DNA from: a virus
DNA length: 64,000 nucleotides
UHGV virus genome: UHGV-0134778
Strand: one strand, 5' to 3'
A model generated the notes under the pieces. The model saw only the letters and a list, made by a program, of their open reading frames with translations, ran no database searches and was not told where the DNA came from. How positions within the stretch are numbered: the first letter of the stretch is position 1; each line of letters begins with the position of its first letter. A program made the translations under genes and the position numbers. Shown here in pieces: positions 54,735-63,662 of the stretch.

Positions 54735-55061
54735 ATGCTAATGCCGATTACTGTAAAAGAACTAAATGAACGTGATGCAGGAGGCCTGTGGCCTGCACGG
54801 AAAATACGCTGCGTTTATATGAAAGAGAATCTTGAACACCTTGATCAACAGATTGCGGTTGGCGATATTTTCGAAGTTCTCTATTCTAATCGTCGCAACT
54901 GGGAAACCATTCAACCTTCCGGTTTTGTTCTTGCCAGACTTGATACCGGAGAAGTGATTATCCCTGGGCTGGATATTGTCTTCGAAATTATCCAGGAGTG
55001 GGATCCTGATAAGATTAAATATGAAGAGTTATTCGGTGAAGGTATTATCAGGCCTGTATGA
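54735..55061 (+). CDS. hypothetical protein
   Basis: 108-aa ORF with GAAGGAG RBS. Confidence 0.5.
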   Translation: MLMPITVKELNERDAGGLWPARKIRCVYMKENLEHLDQQIAVGDIFEVLYSNRRNWETIQPSGFVLARLDTGEVIIPGLDIVFEIIQEWDPDKIKYEELFGEGIIRPV

Positions 55062-55369
55062 GGTGGATTATGTCTACAACGACAGCTAAATACTCCTATA
55101 TGCCAGCAACCTCGGCAGAAATAGACTTCAGTTTTGATGTGTTTCCATTGTTTGAGGTGGTTCTGGCATACCCAACAATACTATCTACTCCTGAATCCCT
55201 TGTACCTGTTAAGTTGCAGAACGCTATGCATTCCATGCATTACAACAATAAATGTAGGCACAGATGGTGTCAAGACGAGGAAAAAGATCTGGAGAGTTTG
55301 AAAGATTTTGACAGTCACCTTTTGACACCTTTTAGTTACTCAAACCTAGACAAGCCTTCATGGGTATAG
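55058..55369 (+). CDS. hypothetical protein
   Basis: 103-aa ORF. Confidence 0.45.
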   Translation: MRWIMSTTTAKYSYMPATSAEIDFSFDVFPLFEVVLAYPTILSTPESLVPVKLQNAMHSMHYNNKCRHRWCQDEEKDLESLKDFDSHLLTPFSYSNLDKPSWV

Positions 55370-55394
55370 CAAAATATCAAATTTAAGGCACATA

Positions 55395-55420
55395 GGACGC
55401 TATGTGGCGTCCTTTTCTTT
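55395..55420 (+). terminator. rho-independent terminator
   Basis: GGACGC-tatgtg-GCGTCC followed by TTTTCTTT. Confidence 0.7.
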
Positions 55421-55582
55421 ATCTGGTGCACGATTCCATACCTTAAGCAGTTAATCTCATTACAGAGCGTTTAAAGGCGGCTTACAAGCAACTCTCTATT
55501 TCGAGCGTAGCGAGAACGCACGTCCGTTTTGACCCAAATCACCATACGCTCGGATTTTAACCAAACCCTCGCGGCGTTTCTG

Positions 55583-55611
55583 TTGACACATTACCGCTCC
55601 AGTGATAATAT
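55583..55611 (+). promoter_or_regulatory. sigma70-like promoter
   Basis: TTGACA-N17-TAATAT; lies inside the N-terminal part of ORF-track ORF 55529-55942, arguing that part is not coding. Confidence 0.5.
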
Positions 55612-55643
55612 CCACACATCATTTGGAGAATATGGGATACACA

Positions 55644-55733
55644 ATGAAAACATTGTCAGAGGTTTTGGTGGTGATCCTGATGATCATTACGTCCATAGTG
55701 GCTGTTGCCGGAATACTCACGGGTGGAACATGA
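55644..55733 (+). CDS. small hydrophobic peptide (29 aa), not in the ORF track
   Basis: MKTLSEVLVVILMIITSIVAVAGILTGGT; GGAG RBS downstream of the promoter; stop overlaps the next ATG. Confidence 0.35.
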   Translation: MKTLSEVLVVILMIITSIVAVAGILTGGT

Positions 55734-55942
55734 TAAACACACATGCATCTGAAGAGACATCCAAAGGAGTGACTATATGTCCCTTGGCTGAGCCAGTGAA
55801 AGAGGAAAACTTAGATTCTGAAGATTCTCCATCTTCGCTCCAGGTAGATCCTGAGGCTGATGACCTAACGTGGGAAGACATCGTAGACATCTGGTTCTCC
55901 ATTATGCCTGAGCACGAAGAGTTCAGAGGTGGCAGACTATGA
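55730..55942 (+). CDS. hypothetical acidic protein
   Basis: C-terminal 70 aa of ORF-track ORF 55529-55942, starting at an internal ATG coupled to the upstream peptide; alternative is the full 137-aa ORF. Confidence 0.35.
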   Translation: MINTHASEETSKGVTICPLAEPVKEENLDSEDSPSSLQVDPEADDLTWEDIVDIWFSIMPEHEEFRGGRL

Positions 55943-56063
55943 AGCACCGAGCCCACACAGGTTCCTCATGCTAAAGCATGGCCTGAAGAGGCAAACGTGC
56001 ATAATTCCTGTGCATTGGAACGTATAAAACCCTGTTCACACTCTCATTTCTAGAGGAGATTTC

Positions 56064-56279
56064 ATGAAGATAGAAATATTTGGTGGAGCTGACAACACTT
56101 GTGGCCTGATTTACCTCGAATTCGATGAATCGTACCTGCCAGAAGTGTTAAACATGGATTCTGTTGCTGAGGCTTTGGGAGTAAGTCCTAAAGATCTCTA
56201 CTCTGGTGCTGAGATTGATGGTTGGGAGGAGACCATGAACATCGATTTCAGTGAAGTAGGTGATGAACCGCTGGACTGA
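56064..56279 (+). CDS. hypothetical acidic protein (MKIEIF N-terminus)
   Basis: 71-aa ORF with GGAG RBS; last plus-strand gene before the non-coding region. Confidence 0.45.
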   Translation: MKIEIFGGADNTCGLIYLEFDESYLPEVLNMDSVAEALGVSPKDLYSGAEIDGWEETMNIDFSEVGDEPLD

Positions 56280-57804
56280 CACACAATTAGTTGCCCGGCT
56301 AAAGTGCTGGAAGCACCCATAACATCTTCCAACTAAATTTCCTACCAACACAGTTACTTACCCACCACACATGACTGTTTGCTTGTTTAGTGAGCAGTCA
56401 TCCCTTGACATTCTTGCCTATCTTGATAAAATTAAGTTCTTCTCTTTTCTTTTACCGAGTAATTCGGGTTTTCTGTTCTCTTCGGTTTGAAGGGGTATGG
56501 AGATACACCTGAGTGAACAGGGTGAACAACCGAACCTTTAGCTATGGCATTAGCATGGCGAAGCGGACGGGTGACGAAAGAGGGGCCGGAGGACACCAGT
56601 CACTGCCATATAGTATATGGGTGATAACCTGAAGAGTCTGAATAAGTGTTTAAGTACCAGTCAGAGGAAAAGGTGAATGGTAGCCGAAGGGGGAGGGGGG
56701 TTTCTTATATCTTTAATTTGTATACTTTATATACACTTGTAAACCAATTCAATTAGGATCTGTTTACCACACAAAGTGGATGGAGACAAATATCACCTAT
56801 TAAACTTGAATTATTTATAGAAAATACCACAACACTACTTAAGTCTTTGATTTTACACACAAATCCTACAGATACTCACCCTCCATATTTAACATACTTG
56901 TAACATATCCCATACTCTACCTGTCTGATCAATTTACCCAACTACATCCCCATATTTTTCCTGTCTGTACTACCCCTGCCCCGCCGGGAGTCCCGTCATA
57001 TCTGGCTTCCCAGCAAATATCACACCCACAAATATCATTGCCTGAAGAGGGTTTCATCCCATAATACACACCTTGCCTGAAGAGCGATTCATACACCAAC
57101 TAAATTTTTTAATTGACCCCTCCCCGCCGCCGGAGAGGTTGGCTTTTCCCACACAGGCCTGAAGAGTCAGCCAGAAATATCTGAACAGGCCCAGTTATAC
57201 CACGATTTTGACATGACCGACAGGAGTGCTACCCTGTCAGGAGCCGGTAGCGACTGGAGTGCTGCCAGGCGGACGAAATGGGAATACTTCTCATTCTTAT
57301 AACAATTCTCAAATATCGAGGCAGTGAGGCAAATTAATAGGTGAGGCCGTTCACACAGTGGCACAACATTTGCAACCTATCTTGTGGGGTGAATGAGAAT
57401 ACCTATCATTGTGAGAATAGTTATCATTACGGGCAATTTAACATAATACCCATTATGCGCACCACTGGCGATACATACAGGGATTGATAACATGGGTTAC
57501 TGTTTACGCACATAACAATTATATTTCTTACTATTTGTGCGGGATATAGTTAGCAACCAATAGATTAGATATTGACCTGCGGACTTCTGACCGTCCAGAC
57601 GTCTAAACGCCCACACAACAAGGGTTATACATACATTCCTGAATGTAAACAGGGCCGCAAAAATGCTACCATACCAGTTTGTAAATTTTTCATGCAGCAC
57701 TTGACAAAGAGGAGAAAAACTTGTCTGACACTTTTGCCACTTTTGACACTTTTACCTTTGACACAATATGACACAATAACGGCTGTTACTATTCCATATC
57801 TCAC

Positions 57805-57858
57805 TGTTTACGCATAGACTGTTTACGCCTGAATAGTTTACGCCCAAACTGTTTACAC
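57805..57858. repeat. four direct repeats of TGTTTACGC-like 9-mers with 15-bp period
   Basis: Copies at 57805, 57820, 57835 and 57850 (TGTTTACGC, TGTTTACGC, AGTTTACGC, TGTTTACAC). Confidence 0.8.
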
Positions 57859-57869
57859 AGAGATGATGA

Positions 57870-58163
57870 GCCATGCCATTCGTTTGCATGAAAACAATTA
57901 ACAAGATAACAATTAACAAGTTAATAATCTTTCGCTGGCTATGCCAGGTGACTAGGTCACCCCTTCGGGCGTTTATATGACATAATATAAAAGCAGGGCA
58001 ACTATTAGAAGATCTATAGTTGCCTTGCTTGTTATGTCATGATTAACTAAATACAAGGCAACTATGATCTGAGTAATAGATTGCAGAAAAACTATCACGG
58101 GGGTGATGGTTACTGCTTTTATATTATGTCGCGACTCCGTCGCGCCATGCCATTCGTTTGCAT
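57870..58163. repeat. composite repeat locus: 20-bp direct repeats flanking inverted repeats and a 28-bp palindrome
   Basis: GCCATGCCATTCGTTTGCAT at 57870-57889 and 58144-58163; inverted 18-mer TGACATAATATAAAAGCAG at ~57978-57996 vs ~58113-58130; palindrome GGCAACTAT-N10-ATAGTTGCC at ~57997-58024. Confidence 0.75.
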
Positions 58164-58823
58164 AGTTGCCTTATTGTTACAGGTAAAATAATTACATTAT
58201 TAATTATTTCTTATCTTTCTCTTAGTCATCTAATGATTCCAGTCAGTATAGTAATGTACAGTAAACATTAGACGACTAAAGATTTCTCTGTTTATGATAA
58301 CTCATCGTGATAATTTCGGGCTGTTTACGAAAAATGTTGACACCTGAGCTGATTTATGTTATGCAGTCTACACGAATAATTATTTTATGCAGGTATTGAC
58401 TATTCCGTTATTCTGTGGTTGGAATAAATACTTTGCAGGCTATAGAATGGCGTGCGTACGTGAATTCTGAGATCTGGCGGCTATAGTTATACTCGATTTT
58501 TCGCGTAGAACACGCTTTAGATGCTGTGTAAGTGTATGACTTATAAAGATTTTTAGTTGTTGACAAGATATTGGAGATGTGCATCAGGTTAAAATTTGTG
58601 CAATAGCGGCATTACGTGCACTTTTGGGAGAGAAAACGGGTAAAAATGGACTTGCTACCACACAATGAAAAATTATGCAATAGTTATTTTCCATGTATAT
58701 TTGTACAGTATGTGGGATTGATGGCTAGTCAATTATTCCACTTGCCAGGTAGGGCCGTTTATGGTAGGAGAAGAGCAGACAAAAAGAAAGGGGCCTAAGC
58801 CCCTTGATAATTCAGTTAAAAAA

Positions 58824-59243
58824 TTATAATGATTCGTATATTTCAAAAATCCGATTTGCCAGGTCGTTACGGTAGCTGAATTTTTCCTCACGTTTGATCA
58901 TAAGATCTTTATAGCCGTACTCTTTAAGCACTTCATTAACTTTATGGCGGCATACTTTCATATTATCCTGCGCGTCACCAATAAATCTGTTGCTATGGTG
59001 CATGGCTTTAATTTCTTCTTCCAGGACCAGGGCAACTATGCGGACCGGATCAAGCTGATAGGCGGTAACATCCATGCGGCATTGTAAACGGCTTTTTACG
59101 TCTGCCACCGGATATACTGCAACCTCTTCCCCGTCAACATTGACAATAATTAGTTTACCATCGATTTCGAATCCTTTCGCCGCCGGACCGTGACAAAAAG
59201 CGTTATCAAAGCTATATGCCGGATTATTAGATTTAATGTTCAT
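58824..59243 (-). CDS. hypothetical protein
   Basis: 139-aa ORF with AGAGGT RBS and promoter-like element upstream. Confidence 0.5.
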   Translation of the reverse strand: MNIKSNNPAYSFDNAFCHGPAAKGFEIDGKLIIVNVDGEEVAVYPVADVKSRLQCRMDVTAYQLDPVRIVALVLEEEIKAMHHSNRFIGDAQDNMKVCRHKVNEVLKEYGYKDLMIKREEKFSYRNDLANRIFEIYESL

Positions 59244-59292
59244 GGTGTTTTTACCTCTTAGTTAATTTTCTTACAACTTCCCTTCAAAAAAG

Positions 59293-59322
59293 AATATAGC
59301 AAAACTGCCGATCCCTGTCAAC
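59293..59322 (-). promoter_or_regulatory. sigma70-like promoter with palindrome over the -35 element
   Basis: On minus strand TTGACA-N18-TATATT; -35 embedded in inverted repeat ATCCCTG-gttgac-AGGGAT. Confidence 0.5.
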
Positions 59323-59387
59323 CAGGGATAGCGTAATTTTTATGTGATCAAGGGGCTTTATTGCCCCTGACCATGTAACTTGTTGTA

Positions 59388-59651
59388 TTATTTGTTGCTC
59401 ATCCAGTTTTCCCAAGCTGCCTGATAATCTGCCTCACTACGGCGGATCTCTTCTTGCTCTTCAAGGCGGATCTCTTCTTCCAGGTACCCCAAGATGTCAG
59501 CCTTTTTAGTCTGGCGTAGCATCCAGTCATCTTTTTTGCGAGTGAAGATCTTATAAGCTTTCTCGCAAACCTCTTTTTTGCTACCTTTCTGGACTTCAAG
59601 AACACGATAAGCCATATATTGAACTAATTTGAGCTGATCAAGACGTTTCAT
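59388..59651 (-). CDS. hypothetical protein
   Basis: 87-aa ORF with GAGGTAA RBS. Confidence 0.5.
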   Translation of the reverse strand: MKRLDQLKLVQYMAYRVLEVQKGSKKEVCEKAYKIFTRKKDDWMLRQTKKADILGYLEEEIRLEEQEEIRRSEADYQAAWENWMSNK

Positions 59652-59711
59652 GATGTTTACCTCTTTGTGCGGTTCTGATTAGTGGGCCTTTTGGCCCGTG
59701 TCATTATCTTA

Positions 59712-59984
59712 TTACTTATGGCGGCAGAATTCAAGCGTTTTTAATTGATAATCTTCCTCAGCTTGGAGTACGACCGCCTCGATCATTTCGTTGGCATTGT
59801 TAAAGCCATAACCTTTAGCGAACTCATCCGCGCCACCTTCGTGATCATGTTCTGCGTTCATCGCTTCCACAAAATGGAATTCCAAATTGTTGAGGTAGGG
59901 GCTTGATGTTCCGTCCTCTTTTTCGATGAGATCCCAAATAGCATTAAAACGTGATTCGACTTCTTGATTAATCCAGCTTGACAT
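59712..59984 (-). CDS. hypothetical acidic protein
   Basis: 90-aa ORF. Confidence 0.5.
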   Translation of the reverse strand: MSSWINQEVESRFNAIWDLIEKEDGTSSPYLNNLEFHFVEAMNAEHDHEGGADEFAKGYGFNNANEMIEAVVLQAEEDYQLKTLEFCRHK

Positions 59985-60201
59985 AGTGTTTTCCTCTCTC
60001 CTGGTTGTTGTGTGGGCACTTTTGCCCCTTCAAGATAAATGTTACCTCACCCCATGGCAGATGTCAACGGTTTTTATAGTTCTTATATGACAGGCAGGCC
60101 CGGTGATTGTCTCCCCCTGTTCCCAAGTGCCGCCCGTTTAATAAGAATAGCAAAAGGGGCCGAACAAGTCAACCCCAAAATCAGTACCAAAACACTTTTA
60201 T

Positions 60202-60513
60202 TTATACGGTCCGATCATTGGCCTTTGTCCAGGACCTGGCGATCCGTTTCCCGGTCACCTGGAACGGAGGCTGCATTGTGTGTAATGAGTCCAGAGTAAG
60301 GGAGGACCGTTTACGGCGTATCTTCAGGATCGCTAACGTATTGTCCATCTCACGGCCAGGTCCTGGGCGGTATGGTGTGCCTCCAGCGTTAAGGTTGATG
60401 ATCTCATGTATTGAGATCCGGCGTTGTTTTGCTTCCGCATCTTTGAAGATAGCCAGCGGAGGCGCTATGCGTTGCCGATACCAATCTAAAACGGTTGGCG
60501 TAATAGCGATCAT
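60202..60513 (-). CDS. hypothetical protein
   Basis: 103-aa ORF whose ATG overlaps the stop of the upstream gene; GC-richer than neighbours. Confidence 0.35.
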   Translation of the reverse strand: MIAITPTVLDWYRQRIAPPLAIFKDAEAKQRRISIHEIINLNAGGTPYRPGPGREMDNTLAILKIRRKRSSLTLDSLHTMQPPFQVTGKRIARSWTKANDRTV

Positions 60514-60701
60514 ATTTTACCCCCTATGTAGTCCGGTCGGTTTTTCTCTGTCATACGCTTAAGCAATTCTTGCATGTTGCTTATGGCTTGTAGTGTATCC
60601 TCTTCAAGGGATGAATCAAGATAATCAGGATCATTCTTCACCTTGCAATGATTATGATAACGCAGCACCGCCAGTACTTTTTTAACTTCTTCTGCTGTCA
60701 T
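60510..60701 (-). CDS. hypothetical protein
   Basis: 63-aa ORF. Confidence 0.45.
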   Translation of the reverse strand: MTAEEVKKVLAVLRYHNHCKVKNDPDYLDSSLEEDTLQAISNMQELLKRMTEKNRPDYIGGKI

Positions 60702-60709
60702 TATTCCAC

Positions 60710-60844
60710 CTAAAACAATGAGTTAATATATAACATTAGATCGCTGACCACCAGGACAACACTGATCAGCACATGCCTAACCATAAAGGGAAAGATCGCC
60801 AACATTGCCACCACGATCCCCATGGTAATAATTATCTTTCTCAT
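60710..60844 (-). CDS. small hydrophobic protein (44 aa), not in the ORF track
   Basis: MRKIIITMGIVVAMLAIFPFMVRHVLISVVLVVSDLMLYINSLF; tightly packed between flanking genes. Confidence 0.35.
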   Translation of the reverse strand: MRKIIITMGIVVAMLAIFPFMVRHVLISVVLVVSDLMLYINSLF

Positions 60845-60846
60845 GG

Positions 60847-61131
60847 TTAACGGTTCACGTAAGTTTTCCCGTTTACGGTTATCGGCAGATCCTCCAGGTC
60901 TGGATCTTCTTTAAGGTCGCGAGCAAGTTCACCGCACCGGACGCCCTCGAATCCGTAGTACTCTGTCGTTCCGTCCTTAAAAGTTTTTGCGGCAAGGCAT
61001 AAGCGATAAGTAACACCGATTTGATTGACGGCATGGATATCAGTTAGATCTACCTCTTTTGCCAGCTCTTTGGCCATTACAGGCGCATTAAGTCCAATAA
61101 CCAAGGCAACCACTGCGATCATCTTTTTCAT
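60847..61131 (-). CDS. secreted or periplasmic protein with N-terminal signal peptide
   Basis: MKKMIAVVALVIGLNAPVMA signal-like N-terminus, 94 aa. Confidence 0.5.
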   Translation of the reverse strand: MKKMIAVVALVIGLNAPVMAKELAKEVDLTDIHAVNQIGVTYRLCLAAKTFKDGTTEYYGFEGVRCGELARDLKEDPDLEDLPITVNGKTYVNR

Positions 61132-61220
61132 GTTTTCTATTCTCTTTCTGTTGCGTTTAAGGCGGCGACAACCGCCTGTTTATGCTTTGTCGGTTAATAG
61201 GGCGTACGGTATAGATTAAA

Positions 61221-61445
61221 CTATGCTGTACGCTCAACTATGACAACGGCTTGAGGGATCTCACCTTCCACCACTATCAAGGCTTTTTTCTGCGTAATAG
61301 ATATCTTTACCCGCTTCAGCGTGGCGGTAAAGTCTTTCATTTCGTCACGTGGTGTTTTAGTGCAATGCCAGATCTCAGGCTTACCTATTTGCAAGCCGCG
61401 TAAAAATTCCGTTTTTCCTGTTTTGTTCGTGATCATTTGTTTCAC
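61221..61445 (-). CDS. hypothetical protein
   Basis: 74-aa ORF. Confidence 0.45.
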   Translation of the reverse strand: MKQMITNKTGKTEFLRGLQIGKPEIWHCTKTPRDEMKDFTATLKRVKISITQKKALIVVEGEIPQAVVIVERTA

Positions 61446-61446
61446 C

Positions 61447-61551
61447 TTACCCGATACCGTTGGAAGACAAGATCATATTAGCCATGGTTGCAATCAGGCC
61501 AATACCCAGGGCAATAACCAGGATCACCGCATCAATTAATTTCTGTTTCAT
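61447..61551 (-). CDS. small hydrophobic peptide (34 aa), not in the ORF track
   Basis: MKQKLIDAVILVIALGIGLIATMANMILSSNGIG; stop abuts the start of the downstream gene. Confidence 0.35.
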   Translation of the reverse strand: MKQKLIDAVILVIALGIGLIATMANMILSSNGIG

Positions 61552-61640
61552 CTTGTTTTCCTCTTCTTGTTCCAGGTGGCGGACCATTCCGCCGCCTTAT
61601 GTATTATGCTTTGTTAGATGGTTGTTTGTTGTCAAACTGT

Positions 61641-61820
61641 TTTAACGATAATCATCGTACGCTTTATTAACCTGGCGAATATAACATTCAAAAGCCAGAT
61701 CAATAGATTTATATTCACGGATATATTCACCATAGGAAACTACATACATTTCTATAGCCTCCTCATATGCGAGGAGAATAGAATCCAAGCCTACGATCTC
61801 AGTCTTTGCAATAATAGCCA
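61641..61820 (-). CDS. hypothetical protein (59 aa), not in the ORF track
   Basis: ATG preceded by AAGAGGA RBS; MAIIAKTEIVGLDS ... QVNKAYDDYR. Confidence 0.4.
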
Positions 61821-61897
61821 TGATTTTTTATCCTCTTTGTGGTTGGTGGGGCTTGTTGCCCCCTTTGATTTATATACTACAGTCTTATAGGGTCATG

Positions 61898-62131
61898 TCA
61901 ACTATTTTCAAAAAATTTTTCTGCTGTGATATTTTTCCCGGTAGGGTTCGCTACTTTTAAAATTCTATCATGCACCGGACGCCCGAAAGAATAAGATCCG
62001 TATACAGTAAACCAATAATCACCGTCAGGCTGTACTATTACCGCCGCATATGGTACGCCTTTTTCATTATTGCTCACAAAATAGATCACATTGCCATTAA
62101 TAGCCTCAGCGCGTTTAATTTGTTCCATCAT
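61898..62131 (-). CDS. hypothetical protein
   Basis: 77-aa ORF. Confidence 0.45.
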   Translation of the reverse strand: MMEQIKRAEAINGNVIYFVSNNEKGVPYAAVIVQPDGDYWFTVYGSYSFGRPVHDRILKVANPTGKNITAEKFFENS

Positions 62132-62187
62132 GATGATTTGCCTCTCTTTATTTTCATAATTGGGGGGCCTTTTCGGCCCCGCCAGGT

Positions 62188-62472
62188 TTATTTATTGATA
62201 GCGTGCAGCGGGAAAGGTACGCCAGGTTGATAGATAACTTTTACAACCTCATCAGGACAAAAGAAGTTGCAGAACTCACCGCAATAGGCCTCATCCTCTT
62301 TCAACTCTTCATCAACATACTCAAAAAAGTAGTCGATGCTTGGATAATCCTGGCCGGGATTATAGTCGACCATCGTTAATAGTAACTCTTGATCATTCCG
62401 TAGGATATGCATACCCGCTTTTAAGTATTTTGCTTCCATTTCTACTACATCGCCAACGGTAACAATAGCCAT
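62188..62472 (-). CDS. hypothetical acidic protein
   Basis: 94-aa ORF with GGAG RBS. Confidence 0.5.
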   Translation of the reverse strand: MAIVTVGDVVEMEAKYLKAGMHILRNDQELLLTMVDYNPGQDYPSIDYFFEYVDEELKEDEAYCGEFCNFFCPDEVVKVIYQPGVPFPLHAINK

Positions 62473-62696
62473 GGTTTTAACTCCTATCTATCCGGTTAAT
62501 GATTGGGGGCCGCCCCCCTGATACGTCCTATTATCCATATTGTAGGGCTTGATGCAAGTACTTCTTTAAATTTTTTTAAGCGCCTTGGGGGCCGCTGTAA
62601 CGCTAAAATAATAAAGGCCATGCAACCGCATAGCCTTTATGTGATTATATCGCTTCAGGCCCTGCTAGGGGCCTTATTTTGCATCATTTGCCGGAA

Positions 62697-63017
62697 TTAT
62701 TCAGAGAAAACATCGTTCACAATAGCGATCACAATGCCGCCCACCTTGTCACGGTCAACAATGCACAAATCACCATAGATCATGTGGTAGTCTGGATGAT
62801 CTTTCACGGAATAGTCAATGAGCGTTTTCTTGTCGTCCAGCTTTGTAACTTCCATTCTCATAACGATACGAGAATCATCAAAGGCATTATTCCGAAAAGT
62901 CATAGCCTGACCACCAGGGCACCCAGTGATCTCCACTTCCACGCCGTCTACGATCTGACCATCAAAGAAATAAAGATTATTGGCGGGTATAAACATGATC
63001 ATTGCTCCTTTTTGCAC
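62697..63017 (-). CDS. hypothetical protein
   Basis: 106-aa ORF. Confidence 0.45.
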   Translation of the reverse strand: MQKGAMIMFIPANNLYFFDGQIVDGVEVEITGCPGGQAMTFRNNAFDDSRIVMRMEVTKLDDKKTLIDYSVKDHPDYHMIYGDLCIVDRDKVGGIVIAIVNDVFSE

Positions 63018-63087
63018 TGATTATTTTAACAGGGTTTAAATTTACTTTATTGATGGCCCTGGAGTCAAGGCCATCTAAAAATAAATT

Positions 63088-63288
63088 TTACAGATCTACA
63101 ATCTCTTTAATTCGTTTTACTGCTGCCTCAGCGCCTTGAGGGTAGAAATTATGATAACCAATCACGCGGGTAATACTGATCGCCGCTTGGTGGTCCTCGT
63201 AGTCGCCTTTGAATATTTCTTGACCATCAACCAGCACAGCAATTTTTTCTTCTTTTTTGAAGTTAATAACGCGGATATTGTTGCTCAT
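63088..63288 (-). CDS. hypothetical protein
   Basis: 66-aa ORF with GGGGAAA RBS. Confidence 0.45.
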   Translation of the reverse strand: MSNNIRVINFKKEEKIAVLVDGQEIFKGDYEDHQAAISITRVIGYHNFYPQGAEAAVKRIKEIVDL

Positions 63289-63536
63289 TTTGTTTCCCCT
63301 TTTGGAACTTTGTCTGTGTGGTGGGGAGTGTCTCCCCGTTGATTGTTATTATCCATATTCTGGACCGGATTGCAACACTCAGGAAGAAAAATTTTTTGAA
63401 AAAAGTTAGGCCCCCAGGGATCGGGGGCCGTTATCAGTTGCTTACAGCGATAAAATACATCCCTACGCCTAACAATATTTCAAGGGCGATGATCTCCAGC
63501 CATACCATAACACGGCGCGCCTTATCGGTGCGGGGC

Positions 63537-63662
63537 TTATCCTTGGGTGTCATCGTCTCCCTCTTTCCTCCTGTTAGTAGTGACGTGGTTTACAATGGTC
63601 CCCAGGAGTACTATCGCCACGCACATTACGAGAAAAATTATTTCTTCCGTTGTTCGGTCCAT
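63537..63662 (-). CDS. small membrane protein (41 aa)
   Basis: ATG with GAGAGGT RBS; MDRTTEEIIFLVMCVAIVLLGTIVNHVTTNRRKEGDDDTQG; shorter than the ORF-track version 63537-63722. Confidence 0.3.
   Translation of the reverse strand: MDRTTEEIIFLVMCVAIVLLGTIVNHVTTNRRKEGDDDTQG

Noticed and set aside
55529-55942. Full-length 137-aa ORF from the track
   Set aside because: Its N-terminal part contains a well-formed TTGACA-N17-TAATAT promoter and overlaps a better-supported 29-aa peptide ORF; only the C-terminal 70 aa were kept, at low confidence
60039-60562. Plus-strand ORFs 60039-60299 and 60107-60562 opposite the minus-strand small-gene block
   Set aside because: Antisense to a co-directional array of minus-strand genes with start/stop coupling; no RBS; likely shadows, although the minus-strand ORF 60202-60513 is itself only moderately supported
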